Sequence record: OM953433
Direction: 5' to 3' (one strand)
Length of the DNA stretch: 64,000 bases
DNA from: Shigella phage Henu11
Position 1 is the stretch's first letter; every line of letters starts with the position of its first letter. The translations under genes and the position numbers were made by a program. The notes under the pieces are model-generated. The model was not told the origin of the DNA. It saw only the letters and a program-made list of their open reading frames with translations, and ran no database searches. Positions 37,653 to 47,644 of this stretch are shown in pieces.

Positions 37653-38033
37653 ATGAAATATCGTGCGCCTAAATTTATCAACAAAGAAAACTTTCGTAGT
37701 ATCTTAGAGGAAACTATGAAAGAAAACTTCAAAGGAAAAATAATTGTTGTTCACGCTTACAATTTTAAGTATGATGTTAATGGTAACCGTATCAACCACT
37801 ACAAAGCTACTATGCTTGACGGTACATTATCCGGTGAAAAAGCTATCATAAATGCTATTGCAGGACGTGGTAAAACTGTGATACGATGCGAAAAAAGACG
37901 CTATCAAGGCGGAAAATATGGATATGAAGATGCAATGTATCATCTTGATAAAATGGGGTATGATGTAGAGAAAGCTGGAGTATCCCAAACTATTGGTAGT
38001 GACGGCTACGTTACAGTTTTCAAAATTAATTAA
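37653..38033 (+). CDS. small array protein
   Basis: 126 aa; conserved leader. Confidence 0.5.
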   Translation: MKYRAPKFINKENFRSILEETMKENFKGKIIVVHAYNFKYDVNGNRINHYKATMLDGTLSGEKAIINAIAGRGKTVIRCEKRRYQGGKYGYEDAMYHLDKMGYDVEKAGVSQTIGSDGYVTVFKIN

Positions 38034-38123
38034 ATAAAGTCCTTTACATGGGGTTTATAGTTAGATAAGATAAGCCCCAGATAAAGAGCTTTACCAACAA
38101 TCAACCTAAACTGGAGTATCAAA

Positions 38124-38381
38124 ATGGCTACTATCAAAAACATCATTGTATCTGCAAAATCTCGTGATGACGCTCGCGCAACTGCTAAAAAACTAAATGG
38201 TAAAGTGGTTGACAACGGAAAAGAATCTGCTGTAAGATGGGGCGTGAAATGTGATAAGGAAATTACTTTAAAACGTAGTTCCTATGACCTTTTCAAAGGT
38301 GTAAAAGCAATCGGTAGAACTAACGTCTACACGAAGAAAGGTTATAAAATGCACTTATCATTAACTGACAATTTAATCTGA
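38124..38381 (+). CDS. small array protein
   Basis: 85 aa; conserved leader. Confidence 0.5.
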   Translation: MATIKNIIVSAKSRDDARATAKKLNGKVVDNGKESAVRWGVKCDKEITLKRSSYDLFKGVKAIGRTNVYTKKGYKMHLSLTDNLI

Positions 38382-38473
38382 TAAAGTGCTTTACATGGGG
38401 TTTATAAGTTGCTAGTATAAGCCCCAGATAAAGAGCTTTACTAACCAATAGTCCTAAACTGGAGAATCTTAAT

Positions 38474-38986
38474 ATGTCATACGTTGAAGCTACCTTTGAA
38501 GTTCAAAAAGAAAAATTCACTATCATCTATGAAGCTGTTAATATTTGTGAAGCATCCCATTGTGTGGAAAATTGGAAGTTTACCGATGAGCACAAAGGCG
38601 GGGTTACAATCAAACTTAAAAATCCAGAGCGTAACGGGTACAAATATGCAATTCCACAGCATTACAGCCTTTCTCAATTGATGAGTGATTATGCTAAACA
38701 AGGCCGCGAAAATCCATCTATAGAGGCTTACAAGAGCTTACAAGATGAATTACAAAGAGATTTAGAGGCTAACAGCTATGTACTATTTGCAAAGGTAGAA
38801 GATAAAGAAGGTAATACGGTATTAAATAGCTTTTCACTTGCTTATGGTTTCGATTGGTGTTATCTTGACGGGGAAGATTTAGATTCACGATTAGAAGAGG
38901 AAGTGTCGAACTCCGATGGAGAATCTGAAGTAATGGAACGTTTGGAAGACTTGAAAGATTCTGTTATGAATATCTTTAATATCTAA
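38474..38986 (+). CDS. small array protein (acidic C-terminus)
   Basis: 170 aa; conserved leader. Confidence 0.5.
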   Translation: MSYVEATFEVQKEKFTIIYEAVNICEASHCVENWKFTDEHKGGVTIKLKNPERNGYKYAIPQHYSLSQLMSDYAKQGRENPSIEAYKSLQDELQRDLEANSYVLFAKVEDKEGNTVLNSFSLAYGFDWCYLDGEDLDSRLEEEVSNSDGESEVMERLEDLKDSVMNIFNI

Positions 38987-39069
38987 AGTGCTTTACATGG
39001 GGCTATCAAGTTGATAAGATAGCCCCAGATAAAGAGCTTTACCAACAATCCTAAACTGGAGAATCTAAA

Positions 39070-39366
39070 ATGTTTATTGCCGCAAACGTTAGAACTAAAT
39101 TAAGCCAGCTATTAAGCAATATTCAATTCATTGAATCCATGCGCCGTACCTCTGAAGCCGTAGAATGGTATCACGGAAAGATTGACAAAAGGGAAGTTGT
39201 GATTTGTGTATGGAGCTTTTGTAAAGAATACAGAAAGCCGTTGCTTCAGATAGATATCTATGATAATGCTAATAAATCAGCTATTAAATCCACAAAAGAT
39301 ATGGTAGATTCTTATGAAATTAGTCACACTGGTAAACTATTCCACAAAGGTAAAAACAAATGCTAA
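39070..39366 (+). CDS. small array protein
   Basis: 98 aa; conserved leader. Confidence 0.5.
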   Translation: MFIAANVRTKLSQLLSNIQFIESMRRTSEAVEWYHGKIDKREVVICVWSFCKEYRKPLLQIDIYDNANKSAIKSTKDMVDSYEISHTGKLFHKGKNKC

Positions 39367-39707
39367 TCACATACACTGCAATTTTTATCTCTATTGTGGC
39401 GCTCTATAAAGCCTTGCAAGCGCACAGTATAGCTAATAAGGCACTTACAAGGGATTTAAAAATAAATCTTGTACGGGGCTTTTTAGAGCGTTTGAGCTTA
39501 GAACAATTGAAACGTTTAGAGATGAGCTTTCGATTCAAAGCAGAGACATACCGGATTGATAACATCCTAGATGGTGATTTTAAATTAATCAGTGATTATG
39601 ACATACTTCTTGAGTCAATTCAAGATATAAACCTGAAAGATTATTATATTGTAATAGCACAAGAAATTAATAAAAAAGAGCTTGCAATGCAGAATCAAAA
39701 CAAGTAA
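39360..39707 (+). CDS. small array protein (N-terminal TM; C-terminus ..AMQNQNK encoded by cassette)
   Basis: 115 aa. Confidence 0.45.
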   Translation: MLITYTAIFISIVALYKALQAHSIANKALTRDLKINLVRGFLERLSLEQLKRLEMSFRFKAETYRIDNILDGDFKLISDYDILLESIQDINLKDYYIVIAQEINKKELAMQNQNK

Positions 39708-39765
39708 AGTATTCATCAACGGGGCAAGATAGAAGCCCCAACAATCCTAAACTGGAGAATCTAAA

Positions 39766-40038
39766 ATGTATACTACTAATGACGGTCGCACTTTGAACGT
39801 AACTTTAAAACACTATGTAGACGGTGTATTAAACTTTGAAGAGTTAAGAGCAGAACAGCAACTATTAGATTGGCAAGTAGCAGGTTTACAAAAAACCGCT
39901 ACAGGATATGGAAAGAAAATTCCTACATCTTGGAAAGTTCGATACCTTGGAAAGTTACGCAGAATTTATCAAGATGTTTATAGTAATAGCGGTGTAAGTT
40001 ACATTATTGTTAGTGGTAAAAAGTTGTATTTAGTCTAA
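39766..40038 (+). CDS. small array protein
   Basis: 90 aa; conserved leader. Confidence 0.5.
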   Translation: MYTTNDGRTLNVTLKHYVDGVLNFEELRAEQQLLDWQVAGLQKTATGYGKKIPTSWKVRYLGKLRRIYQDVYSNSGVSYIIVSGKKLYLV

Positions 40039-40127
40039 TAAATTGCTTTACATGGGGTTATCAAGTTGATAAGATAGCCCCAGATAAAGAGATTTACCAA
40101 CAATCAACCTAAACTGGAGTATCAAAA

Positions 40128-40535
40128 ATGACTAATGTTAATCACAAAGAAGTTGCAATTTTGAAAGCACGTTTGACCATTAACCGCATCAACATTGTAA
40201 CATCAGCAGCGCCAGACGAAACACTGCATAATATCATCGGCAAAATTCAGGGCGTAGTAGTAGACACAAAACAGCTTAAAGAGTCCTTGCAAGATGTAGC
40301 AGCAGGGGCTATAATTGACGGTGCTCAATATGAGATGAAGGAAATGCTGTCAAAGTCAAAAGTAATGAATAAAGAACTTGACTTGAAAATGTTTAGATTT
40401 GCTGTTAAAGTGTGGCTATGTGTTGATTTTGATGCAAACTTTGCAATTGCTGATTTCTTTGCAACATGGTTACAGCGTAACTTACCGGTCGAAGTTTTCC
40501 GTGAAATCTGCGATGCAATTTATTCAGAGATTTGA
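40128..40535 (+). CDS. small array protein
   Basis: 135 aa; conserved leader. Confidence 0.5.
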   Translation: MTNVNHKEVAILKARLTINRINIVTSAAPDETLHNIIGKIQGVVVDTKQLKESLQDVAAGAIIDGAQYEMKEMLSKSKVMNKELDLKMFRFAVKVWLCVDFDANFAIADFFATWLQRNLPVEVFREICDAIYSEI

Positions 40536-40620
40536 TTGACATTGCAAAAGCATAGTAGTAGAGTACTCATCAACGGGGCAAGTTAGAAGCCCCAACAATC
40601 CTAAACTGGAGAATCTGAAA

Positions 40621-40869
40621 ATGTTTAATATGTTGAATATCCCTGACACTTGCCGACTCTTAACACAATTTGATAACCTTGGTAAGCCGTTTTTATATCA
40701 TATGCCAGATAACACTGCAAAAACTTACAGTTACATTGTAAACCGTTTTACGGCTTATGGTTCAAAGTATGGCTATAATGTCAAGACTCAAAAGGTGACT
40801 TTGTTCACAAGTATTGAAGAGTTACCAACTGTTGCCGTTAAACTAATCTTTACAAAGAAAACTAAATAA
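40621..40869 (+). CDS. small array protein
   Basis: 82 aa; conserved leader. Confidence 0.5.
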   Translation: MFNMLNIPDTCRLLTQFDNLGKPFLYHMPDNTAKTYSYIVNRFTAYGSKYGYNVKTQKVTLFTSIEELPTVAVKLIFTKKTK

Positions 40870-40953
40870 AGTCCTTTACATGGGGTTTAAAAGCTAGTAT
40901 ATTAAGCCCCAGATAAAGAGCTTTACCAACAATCCTAAACTGGAGAATCTAAA

Positions 40954-41511
40954 ATGAAATGCTTCCACGGTACTACACAAGAAAACTTCGTAAATCTTAT
41001 TAATGGCGGTGATAAACCATCAGGAGCTTGGAATTGCTCTGATATGGATGGATGTTTTTATGTCTACCCTGTTAGCAAGTTCTATGATGTAGAAAATCTG
41101 GATGACGAACAAATCATAGATGAAGGTATTAGAAACGCGCTTGATAGCGCAAGCATTACAGCAGCCTATCAAATGAAGTCACAAAAACTTGTCATCTTGG
41201 AACTAGATATTCCAGAAGATGATTTACAAGATGACTGGAGTTGTGAGAACATGAGCGACGTCGCAAGCTTTACAGAATATTTCGATAAAGAATGGATTAA
41301 AAAGGTTTACACAACTGAATTTAATGCTATGTATGCGCCTTTCTTTGTCCCTAACCTGAATAATAGGAACTTGGGTTATATACCGGATGAGTTACACAAC
41401 ATTGCGGCAATAGTTCAACGTAGTGATGAGATGAATAATGTTTATATTGATATCTTCGAGACTATGCAATGTAACGTAGCAGAAACGGCTATAAACGACT
41501 TAACAGCATAA
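40954..41511 (+). CDS. small array protein
   Basis: 185 aa; conserved leader. Confidence 0.5.
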   Translation: MKCFHGTTQENFVNLINGGDKPSGAWNCSDMDGCFYVYPVSKFYDVENLDDEQIIDEGIRNALDSASITAAYQMKSQKLVILELDIPEDDLQDDWSCENMSDVASFTEYFDKEWIKKVYTTEFNAMYAPFFVPNLNNRNLGYIPDELHNIAAIVQRSDEMNNVYIDIFETMQCNVAETAINDLTA

Positions 41512-41574
41512 ACGATAGAATCATACCAGTTCACTAGAAAAGCCCCGCACAGGGGCTTACAAGAGGCTTAAAAG

Positions 41575-41805
41575 ATGCTTACAACAATCTATCTTATCCT
41601 ATCTATCTGCAATGGTTCACAATGTGACTTTAAAGGTCTGGAAGAGTTTACAGGTAGCGAAAATAATGCTATTGTTGCCTGTCAGATAGCAAGGCAAGAC
41701 TACCCAACATCGGATGATATCCAATGTTACTATAAATCAGAAGATGATGAAGGGATTTACTTTGATAGTGTGAATGGTGAATATGAGATTCTTATAGAAA
41801 AGTAG
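41575..41805 (+). CDS. small protein with hydrophobic N-terminus
   Basis: 76 aa; lacks conserved leader. Confidence 0.4.
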   Translation: MLTTIYLILSICNGSQCDFKGLEEFTGSENNAIVACQIARQDYPTSDDIQCYYKSEDDEGIYFDSVNGEYEILIEK

Positions 41806-41895
41806 TTGACACTAAAAACGCAAACAAGTAAAGTATTCATCAACGGGAAGGAAACTTCCCCACTAAACAAAATTCCTAAACTGGAGAATCTGAAA

Positions 41896-42237
41896 ATGGC
41901 CTATGTAACAATTATCACCGATAAAGAAAATTCGTCATGGTCTACCCAAGTTAACGACAAAATGACACCTATGCAGTGTCTCAAATACTTTGAGCAGTGG
42001 AACAGGGGAGAAGATGTAAGCCCCTTTCAAGTGATGCAGATTGTACATGTTGACAATGAAGGGAATAAAACTACCCTTAACACTGAGTACTATACTACAC
42101 GTTTCGAGACTCGCAAATCAGCTATGCAGGGTTTAAGAGAAAAGGGATATAGTCACATTGCCGCGCTCATTTGGTCTGATTTGCTTAAAAAACAGTCATT
42201 AACCTATGTTAAGCCAGAAAAAATCTTTATAAGCTAA
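41896..42237 (+). CDS. small array protein
   Basis: ORF 41806 trimmed to ATG directly after conserved leader. Confidence 0.5.
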   Translation: MAYVTIITDKENSSWSTQVNDKMTPMQCLKYFEQWNRGEDVSPFQVMQIVHVDNEGNKTTLNTEYYTTRFETRKSAMQGLREKGYSHIAALIWSDLLKKQSLTYVKPEKIFIS

Positions 42238-42432
42238 TCAACAACTTATAAAAATCTTTTGAAAAACTATTGACAATGCCCCTTGACAAGTGTAACTTTG
42301 TTCGAGGGGGTTTATCTAAAAGGATTCACTTAAAAGATTCTTTATAGATAAGCGTAAAAAGTACTTGCAAAGGTTTAATCATATCTATATAGTATCTTCA
42401 AAAGGCAACTTCCTAAACTGGAGAATCACAAA

Positions 42433-42573
42433 ATGTTAGATATCATTAAAAACCCTATCCTTTGCGGTATGATTGTTTCTGTTGTGTTGCCATTAGCAAT
42501 GCTCATCATTGGTGAAATCTCAGATAAACTTTTTGATAAAAAACTACTTGCAATACAGAATCAAAACAAGTAA
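42433..42573 (+). CDS. small membrane protein (46 aa; C-terminus ..AIQNQNK)
   Basis: not in track; conserved leader; hydrophobic core. Confidence 0.3.
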   Translation: MLDIIKNPILCGMIVSVVLPLAMLIIGEISDKLFDKKLLAIQNQNK

Positions 42574-42637
42574 AGTATTTATCAACGGGGAGGGAGACTT
42601 CCCCACTAAACAAAATTCCTAAACTGGAGAATCTGAA

Positions 42638-43165
42638 ATGAACAAGTTCCAAGCAATTAATCATATCCGTTCCAATGCAGTAATGAGCAAGCCAGTAAAA
42701 GACACCTTCGAATTCCGCTGTAATGATAAGTTGTTTGCAGTCATTACAAAAGGGGAAGATAAAAAGTATTATGTACATCGCCAAAACGTTAAGTTAGTAA
42801 CAGCAGACAACTTTATGAAAGCTGTTGCAACAATCCTACCGGATTTTATGGAACTGGTAGCAGAACTTTGTGAACACTGCATCAAGTCATCAAAGGCAGA
42901 ATTAAACCGCTTTAAAATGGCTTATGAGCGTTCTATCAAGTCCCATAACATGTATATCATGCCATTGGCTTTTGGTACTCAGGCAATGGGAACAGGTTGT
43001 CATCCTTTCCACCTTTACGATGTAGAAAGCATTTACCTTAGTGAGTCAAAAGATATTGATTTTAGTTTACAGTTAGGACAAGCATTAAATGATATGATTA
43101 AATTACACGAAAAATCCGTAAAAGATATGCAAAAAGAGCTTGACGAAATCATCGTAAATCTATAA
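42638..43165 (+). CDS. small array protein
   Basis: 175 aa; conserved leader. Confidence 0.5.
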   Translation: MNKFQAINHIRSNAVMSKPVKDTFEFRCNDKLFAVITKGEDKKYYVHRQNVKLVTADNFMKAVATILPDFMELVAELCEHCIKSSKAELNRFKMAYERSIKSHNMYIMPLAFGTQAMGTGCHPFHLYDVESIYLSESKDIDFSLQLGQALNDMIKLHEKSVKDMQKELDEIIVNL

Positions 43166-43225
43166 AGTACTTATCAACGGGGAGGGAATGACCTTCCCCA
43201 ACAATCCTAAACTGGAGACTAGAAA

Positions 43226-43489
43226 ATGAATAATCAAGAAATCACTATCCTGTTACAAATCGGTACTGACAAAGAAGATATCCAACTTTGCAAACGTATT
43301 GAAAGTGATTGGTTCAACGGTGAAATCATCGCAGAATCTTATGAAGTAGTCGGATTCATGAATGGTGAAGTTGTAAGCCATTTCGGTTTAACTAAATCTG
43401 AAGCCGTTGCAAAGTATGACGTTTTATCTTGTGAGATTCTTACAAAATACAATGAAAAAAGACTTGCAACTTATGCAGCAATGAATTAA
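43226..43489 (+). CDS. small array protein
   Basis: 87 aa; conserved leader. Confidence 0.5.
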   Translation: MNNQEITILLQIGTDKEDIQLCKRIESDWFNGEIIAESYEVVGFMNGEVVSHFGLTKSEAVAKYDVLSCEILTKYNEKRLATYAAMN

Positions 43490-43555
43490 TATTACTTTCA
43501 ACGGGGAGGGAGACTTCCCCACTAAAACAAAATTCCTAAACTGGAGAATCTGAAA

Positions 43556-43807
43556 ATGGCTACTATCCGCGCAACTGTTAACAATTTTGGCTTCCATGTA
43601 TTAGATGTTAAATTTGATATGGTTGGAACTGGTGATGCTTTCGGTATGATTGAAATGTGTCTGAAGGCAACTATTCAGGACTACAATCCATCGGAAACAT
43701 TCTGGAAAGAAACTAAACAGGAAGTTTTAAAGGATGGTGTATCTTCTTACTATTGGGGTGATTCTCTTATCACGCTTTACTACCAAAAATTTGGTGTGAT
43801 TAACTAA
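43556..43807 (+). CDS. small array protein
   Basis: 83 aa; conserved leader; last gene before convergence region. Confidence 0.5.
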   Translation: MATIRATVNNFGFHVLDVKFDMVGTGDAFGMIEMCLKATIQDYNPSETFWKETKQEVLKDGVSSYYWGDSLITLYYQKFGVIN

Positions 43808-43848
43808 CAAGTCGCCGCAACGGGGCAAATAGCCCCAGATACCTATAC

Positions 43849-43871
43849 AGCCCCTTCAATGGGGCTTTTTT
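43849..43871 (+). terminator. rho-independent terminator
   Basis: AGCCCC-TTCAAT-GGGGCT plus TTTTTT. Confidence 0.65.
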
Positions 43872-44295
43872 ACGTCTTCCTAGAATCTTACCAGACATTT
43901 AGAACAATAACTCTATAGCTTACTCTATATCCTCTTATCAAATCAACTTAAATATAAGCCCATAACCCGAAAGGGAAGGGCAATCCCTAAAACGCTCTAT
44001 AACGCTCTATACGGGCTTATCATCTCATCTTAAGCAATCATATTAACCTACTCTTAAAAGCCCTTTATAGAGCTTTCTAGAGCCTTAAAAGAATCTTATA
44101 AGGGTATAAGCTTTATTATCTCGTTAGTATCTTGTGAATGGTTAAACAGGGGCTTGAAAGTTACTTAATAATGTGTTATGGGGAACTAAAAAGAGCTTAA
44201 AAGTAACGTAAAAGATGCTTAAAAGTAACGTAAAAGTTAGCCCCCTTTACATTCTCTTAACAAAATCTTAACAAATGCAACATAGTTATGCTTAT

Positions 44296-44356
44296 TAGAG
44301 ACTTGTTAGCCCCTTGTTAAATCCTTGTTAGAGGTATGTTAAGAGCTTGTTAGACT
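44296..44356. repeat. five 11-bp phased repeats (cTTGTTAg)
   Basis: TTGTTA cores at about 44304, 44315, 44326, 44337, 44348; 11-bp spacing. Confidence 0.75.
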
Positions 44357-44545
44357 CTTTGAAGTCCCTGTATAAGCCCCTAGAAAGCCCTATAAAGAGC
44401 TATACAGGCAATTGGGCTATAGTTACTATGGAGAACCTTAGAAATGGCTGTATAGAGCTATACAGGGCTTTTAAGAGGGCTTTTAAGAGAATCACTGAGA
44501 GAGGGAAGGGAACTATAGACCAAGAGATAGTGACCATGTTAATAG

Positions 44546-44762
44546 CTTGTTAAAAAGGTTTAGAACTTGTTAGCATCTTGTTAATTATCTTAACAAAATA
44601 ACTCTTAAGATTTAACTATTTAGCAACTTATAAGCAACTTGTTAGACTCTTGTTAGTAATGTTACAGACTTGTTAAGCTCTTGTTAGTTCTGTTAAGAGA
44701 CTGTTAAGGACTTTGAAGAGATGTTAAGAGCTTGAGAGAGTTGTTAAGAGATTGTTAATGAT
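44546..44762. repeat. array of about 15 10/11-bp phased repeats (nnTGTTAAGnn), some inverted
   Basis: densest run 44638-44760 with copies roughly every 11 bp. Confidence 0.75.
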
Positions 44763-45010
44763 ATTTTAAGATTTTGCAAAGGGGATGTTACAGGGCTGTT
44801 AAGGGCTACCAAGCAGATATACACCCTAGACAGATATTTTTCAGTTCCTTCAAAGAACCTAAAAAGTGACCTACCTAGTCTATTTTATAAAAATTTTATA
44901 GAACTGAATAACTATCTATACACTATCTAGTATAAAACAGGTAATAACAGGCTTATAAGATACCTTGTTAGTACCGTGTTAGACCTTGTAGGATAAGCCT
45001 TTACAGGGAA

Positions 45011-45280
45011 TACCTGTTTAGTGTTATATAACAGTCTATATAGAGGCTTAGTTGACCCTAGTGAACCATCTGTAGAGAGTACTCTCTGTGACATAGAGAT
45101 TAAGATGGATATAGGGGCTTCTAAGGGGCTATGAAGAGACTAGGAAGGTGATTATATAGGTTTGGAAGAGGGCTTGTTAGAGAGCTTTGTAGAGGGCTAT
45201 TTAGAAGGGGCTATATAGTTTCACTAGATAGAGACTAAGAGGCTATATAGATACTATATAATACTATATAGAGAGTATGC
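45011..45280. repeat. cluster of palindromic CTATATAG octamers
   Basis: copies near 45011, 45216, 45246, 45259, 45270; related CTATACAG/GTATAGAG copies at 44395-44470. Confidence 0.6.
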
Positions 45281-45360
45281 TTAGATAGGTTGTTTAGAAG
45301 GTCTAGATATTTTATCACATATCATGGTGACCCAAGATGAACGGAGTGAATCCAAATTTT

Positions 45361-45392
45361 ATAAAATAATAAAAGCCCCAAAAGAGGGGCTG
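45361..45392 (-). terminator. rho-independent terminator (minus strand)
   Basis: reverse complement AGCCCCTCTTTTGGGGCT followed by TTTATTATTTT. Confidence 0.6.
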
Positions 45393-45400
45393 TAAAGTTC

Positions 45401-46066
45401 TTAGCAAAGGTTATCTATGATAGCCTGAATAGCTGGAATAGTTGTGTGATAAAAATGAGTGTTTCCGTTATGGGCTTCTCTCACTTGTAACATGATAGAG
45501 TGACCCTTTACAGGGAAGCATTGAATGTGATAACGATTCCCGTTAAATACTACTCCACCACCTGAACAGAACCCTTCCAAGACTGACTTAGTAAGGAACT
45601 CTTCTTTTCCTGTGACCTTTATGAAGACACCTCTGTTAACTTGTGAATGGTAAATGTCTTCCATAAACAGCATCTGTTGTCCACCAAGTGAAACCATAGA
45701 GATACCTTTACGATTCTGCTCTTTAACATATATCTCAAGTTTCTTCAAAGTCTCTTCATAGAACGGATAAGACTTCTTCACAAAGATACCTTCAAGTGGC
45801 TCATCACCAGCATCTTCACGTTCATCTTTAAGTCTACCTACAAGACAATCAAGGCTTCTTCTCTCGCTATCGTCAAGATACTTATTAATATCTTCCAAGC
45901 TAAGTACCAAGTACTTTCTCTCTAAGTTAAATTCTTTGGTCATCTCTATCAAATCCTTAAAAGCTTTTTCAGTAACCTTCTTCCATTCTTCTGAGTTCTT
46001 CTTCTGAGGGAGTACCATATCTCTCAAGAACTTGAAACTCTTCTTCAGACGGGCTTCCATAATCAT
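45401..46066 (-). CDS. hypothetical protein
   Basis: 221 aa; last gene of minus-strand block. Confidence 0.5.
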   Translation of the reverse strand: MIMEARLKKSFKFLRDMVLPQKKNSEEWKKVTEKAFKDLIEMTKEFNLERKYLVLSLEDINKYLDDSERRSLDCLVGRLKDEREDAGDEPLEGIFVKKSYPFYEETLKKLEIYVKEQNRKGISMVSLGGQQMLFMEDIYHSQVNRGVFIKVTGKEEFLTKSVLEGFCSGGGVVFNGNRYHIQCFPVKGHSIMLQVREAHNGNTHFYHTTIPAIQAIIDNLC

Positions 46067-46071
46067 ACTCT

Positions 46072-46533
46072 TCAGAAATCGATTCTGTAGTCTGAACGGC
46101 TATAGTTTGCTGTAATGAATCCATCGTAACCTACCAACCATCTTCCATAGGTGTTAAAAATTGAAGTGTTATCAGCACTCATAATATCACCTTCATAGCC
46201 TAAATCGTCAATCTCTCTAACAAGCTTAATAGAGCCGACTGTTTCACCTGTTGGTGCATGTTTGATGATGTATACACGATTTAATTTACAATCTTCTTCT
46301 TCTTCTTCACGTAAATCATATGGCTTCAGTAAATCTCTATCTGCTTGTAAGTTGGACTCTGAAAAAGCTGCATGAACCATGTAAGCTTCTGAACACTCCC
46401 AGATAAAGCTATGAAGAAGAACCTTTGCAGCATGTCTTGAACAACCAAATTCTGCAACGATATCTTTGTACATATCATCTTTAGTCCCGTTGTTAAGCAA
46501 AGCTTTACGCACTACCTCTTTAACATTCTTCAT
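46072..46533 (-). CDS. hypothetical protein
   Basis: ORF 46072-46584 trimmed to internal ATG to reduce overlap. Confidence 0.45.
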   Translation of the reverse strand: MKNVKEVVRKALLNNGTKDDMYKDIVAEFGCSRHAAKVLLHSFIWECSEAYMVHAAFSESNLQADRDLLKPYDLREEEEEDCKLNRVYIIKHAPTGETVGSIKLVREIDDLGYEGDIMSADNTSIFNTYGRWLVGYDGFITANYSRSDYRIDF

Positions 46534-46816
46534 CTTTCCAATCCTCATCTCTCTCAATTTGAAACTCATCAGGTAACTCTGCAATAGCTTTCAAGTAATA
46601 AGCTTCTTGAATGTTGCAAAGTTCTTCATAACCACCATTCATAAGCCAGTTGTAACCAGCAGGTACACCGTTATCATCACAGAACCCTGTGTAGAGCATC
46701 GCTTTATGAATCATGTTAAGTGGTTTGTAAGCAACTTCAACGATATAGAAAGTGTTATCTTTCCAGCCACCCTTTGGAGGATGGATACCTTTAACGCCTC
46801 TGGATTGTGGAGTCAT
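46520..46816 (-). CDS. hypothetical protein
   Basis: 98 aa. Confidence 0.45.
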   Translation of the reverse strand: MTPQSRGVKGIHPPKGGWKDNTFYIVEVAYKPLNMIHKAMLYTGFCDDNGVPAGYNWLMNGGYEELCNIQEAYYLKAIAELPDEFQIERDEDWKDEEC

Positions 46817-46857
46817 AGCTTTTCCTCTAAACAGGGGCTTTTACACCCCTTGGCAGA

Positions 46858-47067
46858 TTACTCTTCAGCAGATTCTTTATCTTTCTTTGAAGAAGTCTTT
46901 TTATCTTTCTTCTTAGTCTCAGTTGCTGCAATAGCAATGTCAACAAGCTGTGCTAAGTCAGATTTAATCACTGTTACTGGTTGTTCGTTGTAGAAACCTT
47001 TCTCAAGGTACTCTTTGAACTCTTCCAGAGTGTTAAAGCCAAAAGGCTTGACAGGTGTTCTAATCAT
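46858..47067 (-). CDS. hypothetical protein (Lys-rich C-terminus)
   Basis: 69 aa. Confidence 0.4.
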   Translation of the reverse strand: MIRTPVKPFGFNTLEEFKEYLEKGFYNEQPVTVIKSDLAQLVDIAIAATETKKKDKKTSSKKDKESAEE

Positions 47068-47137
47068 TTACCCTCCGAGATATCTTTTAAGATTTTCTGG
47101 TTAATCATTTCCGCAATAGCATAGCGGATACAAACTA

Positions 47138-47644
47138 CTAAAATTTTAGGTTGCATTCTTTACTTACCTCTTCAAACTTACTCTCAAACTCTACAATCTT
47201 CTTCTTGTAAGTTGTCATTCTCAAACATGAGAGGATGATACCAACTATTGGAATCACATACAAGAACCAAATCTCAGAAATTTTCTTCTCAGCTTGGTTA
47301 AACGTTAAATCCTGCATGTACATGCCACCGAATGAGATTACACAAATCATAGCAAGGAATACAGATAACATGATTGCTATTCCTGCCCACCCTCTGGTAT
47401 TATGTTCAGCATTTCTACGCTTATTTTCCAGATTGATAAGTTCGTTGTAGTCTGCTGAGAAGTCTCTGTAGAAAGCTTTCAAGTACTCTCTGCTGTAACC
47501 TTCAAAACATCCTGTACCAAACCAATTTTCACCTCCAAAGTGTGAAATAGTTCCTTCTTCACCGTTTGCTTTCACAATCTTGAAAGATACATGGTGTCTT
47601 GACTTCTCATAAGAAATCTGGTCTCTTGAATCTTCATAAATCAT
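47138..47644 (-). CDS. membrane protein
   Basis: 168 aa; two hydrophobic segments (GWAGIAIMLSVFLAMICVISFGG; IWFLYVIPIVGIILSCL). Confidence 0.5.
   Translation of the reverse strand: MIYEDSRDQISYEKSRHHVSFKIVKANGEEGTISHFGGENWFGTGCFEGYSREYLKAFYRDFSADYNELINLENKRRNAEHNTRGWAGIAIMLSVFLAMICVISFGGMYMQDLTFNQAEKKISEIWFLYVIPIVGIILSCLRMTTYKKKIVEFESKFEEVSKECNLKF

Larger units (their letters stand above)
37140..43555 (+). repeat. reiterated intergenic cassette: GC hairpin plus conserved leader CAACAATCCTAAACTGGAGAATCTGAAA-ATG (at least 14 copies)
   Basis: leader ending at ATGs 37188, 37653, 38124, 38474, 39070, 39766, 40128, 40621, 40954, 41896, 42433, 42638, 43226, 43556; two hairpin types (CATCAACGGGG..CCCC and TTTACATGGGG..CCCCAGATAAAGAGCTTTACC). 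Confidence 0.8.

Noticed and set aside
44347-44553. 68-aa ORF in the repeat-dense convergence region
   Set aside because: Lies within phased repeats and palindromes; composition follows the repeats (K/R/L/E from AAG/AGA/CTT codons); no RBS; more likely non-coding.
44546-44762. Possible CRISPR array
   Set aside because: Repeats are only 10-11 bp and directly abutting with no unique spacers; no cas genes; periodicity fits protein-binding iterons, not CRISPR.
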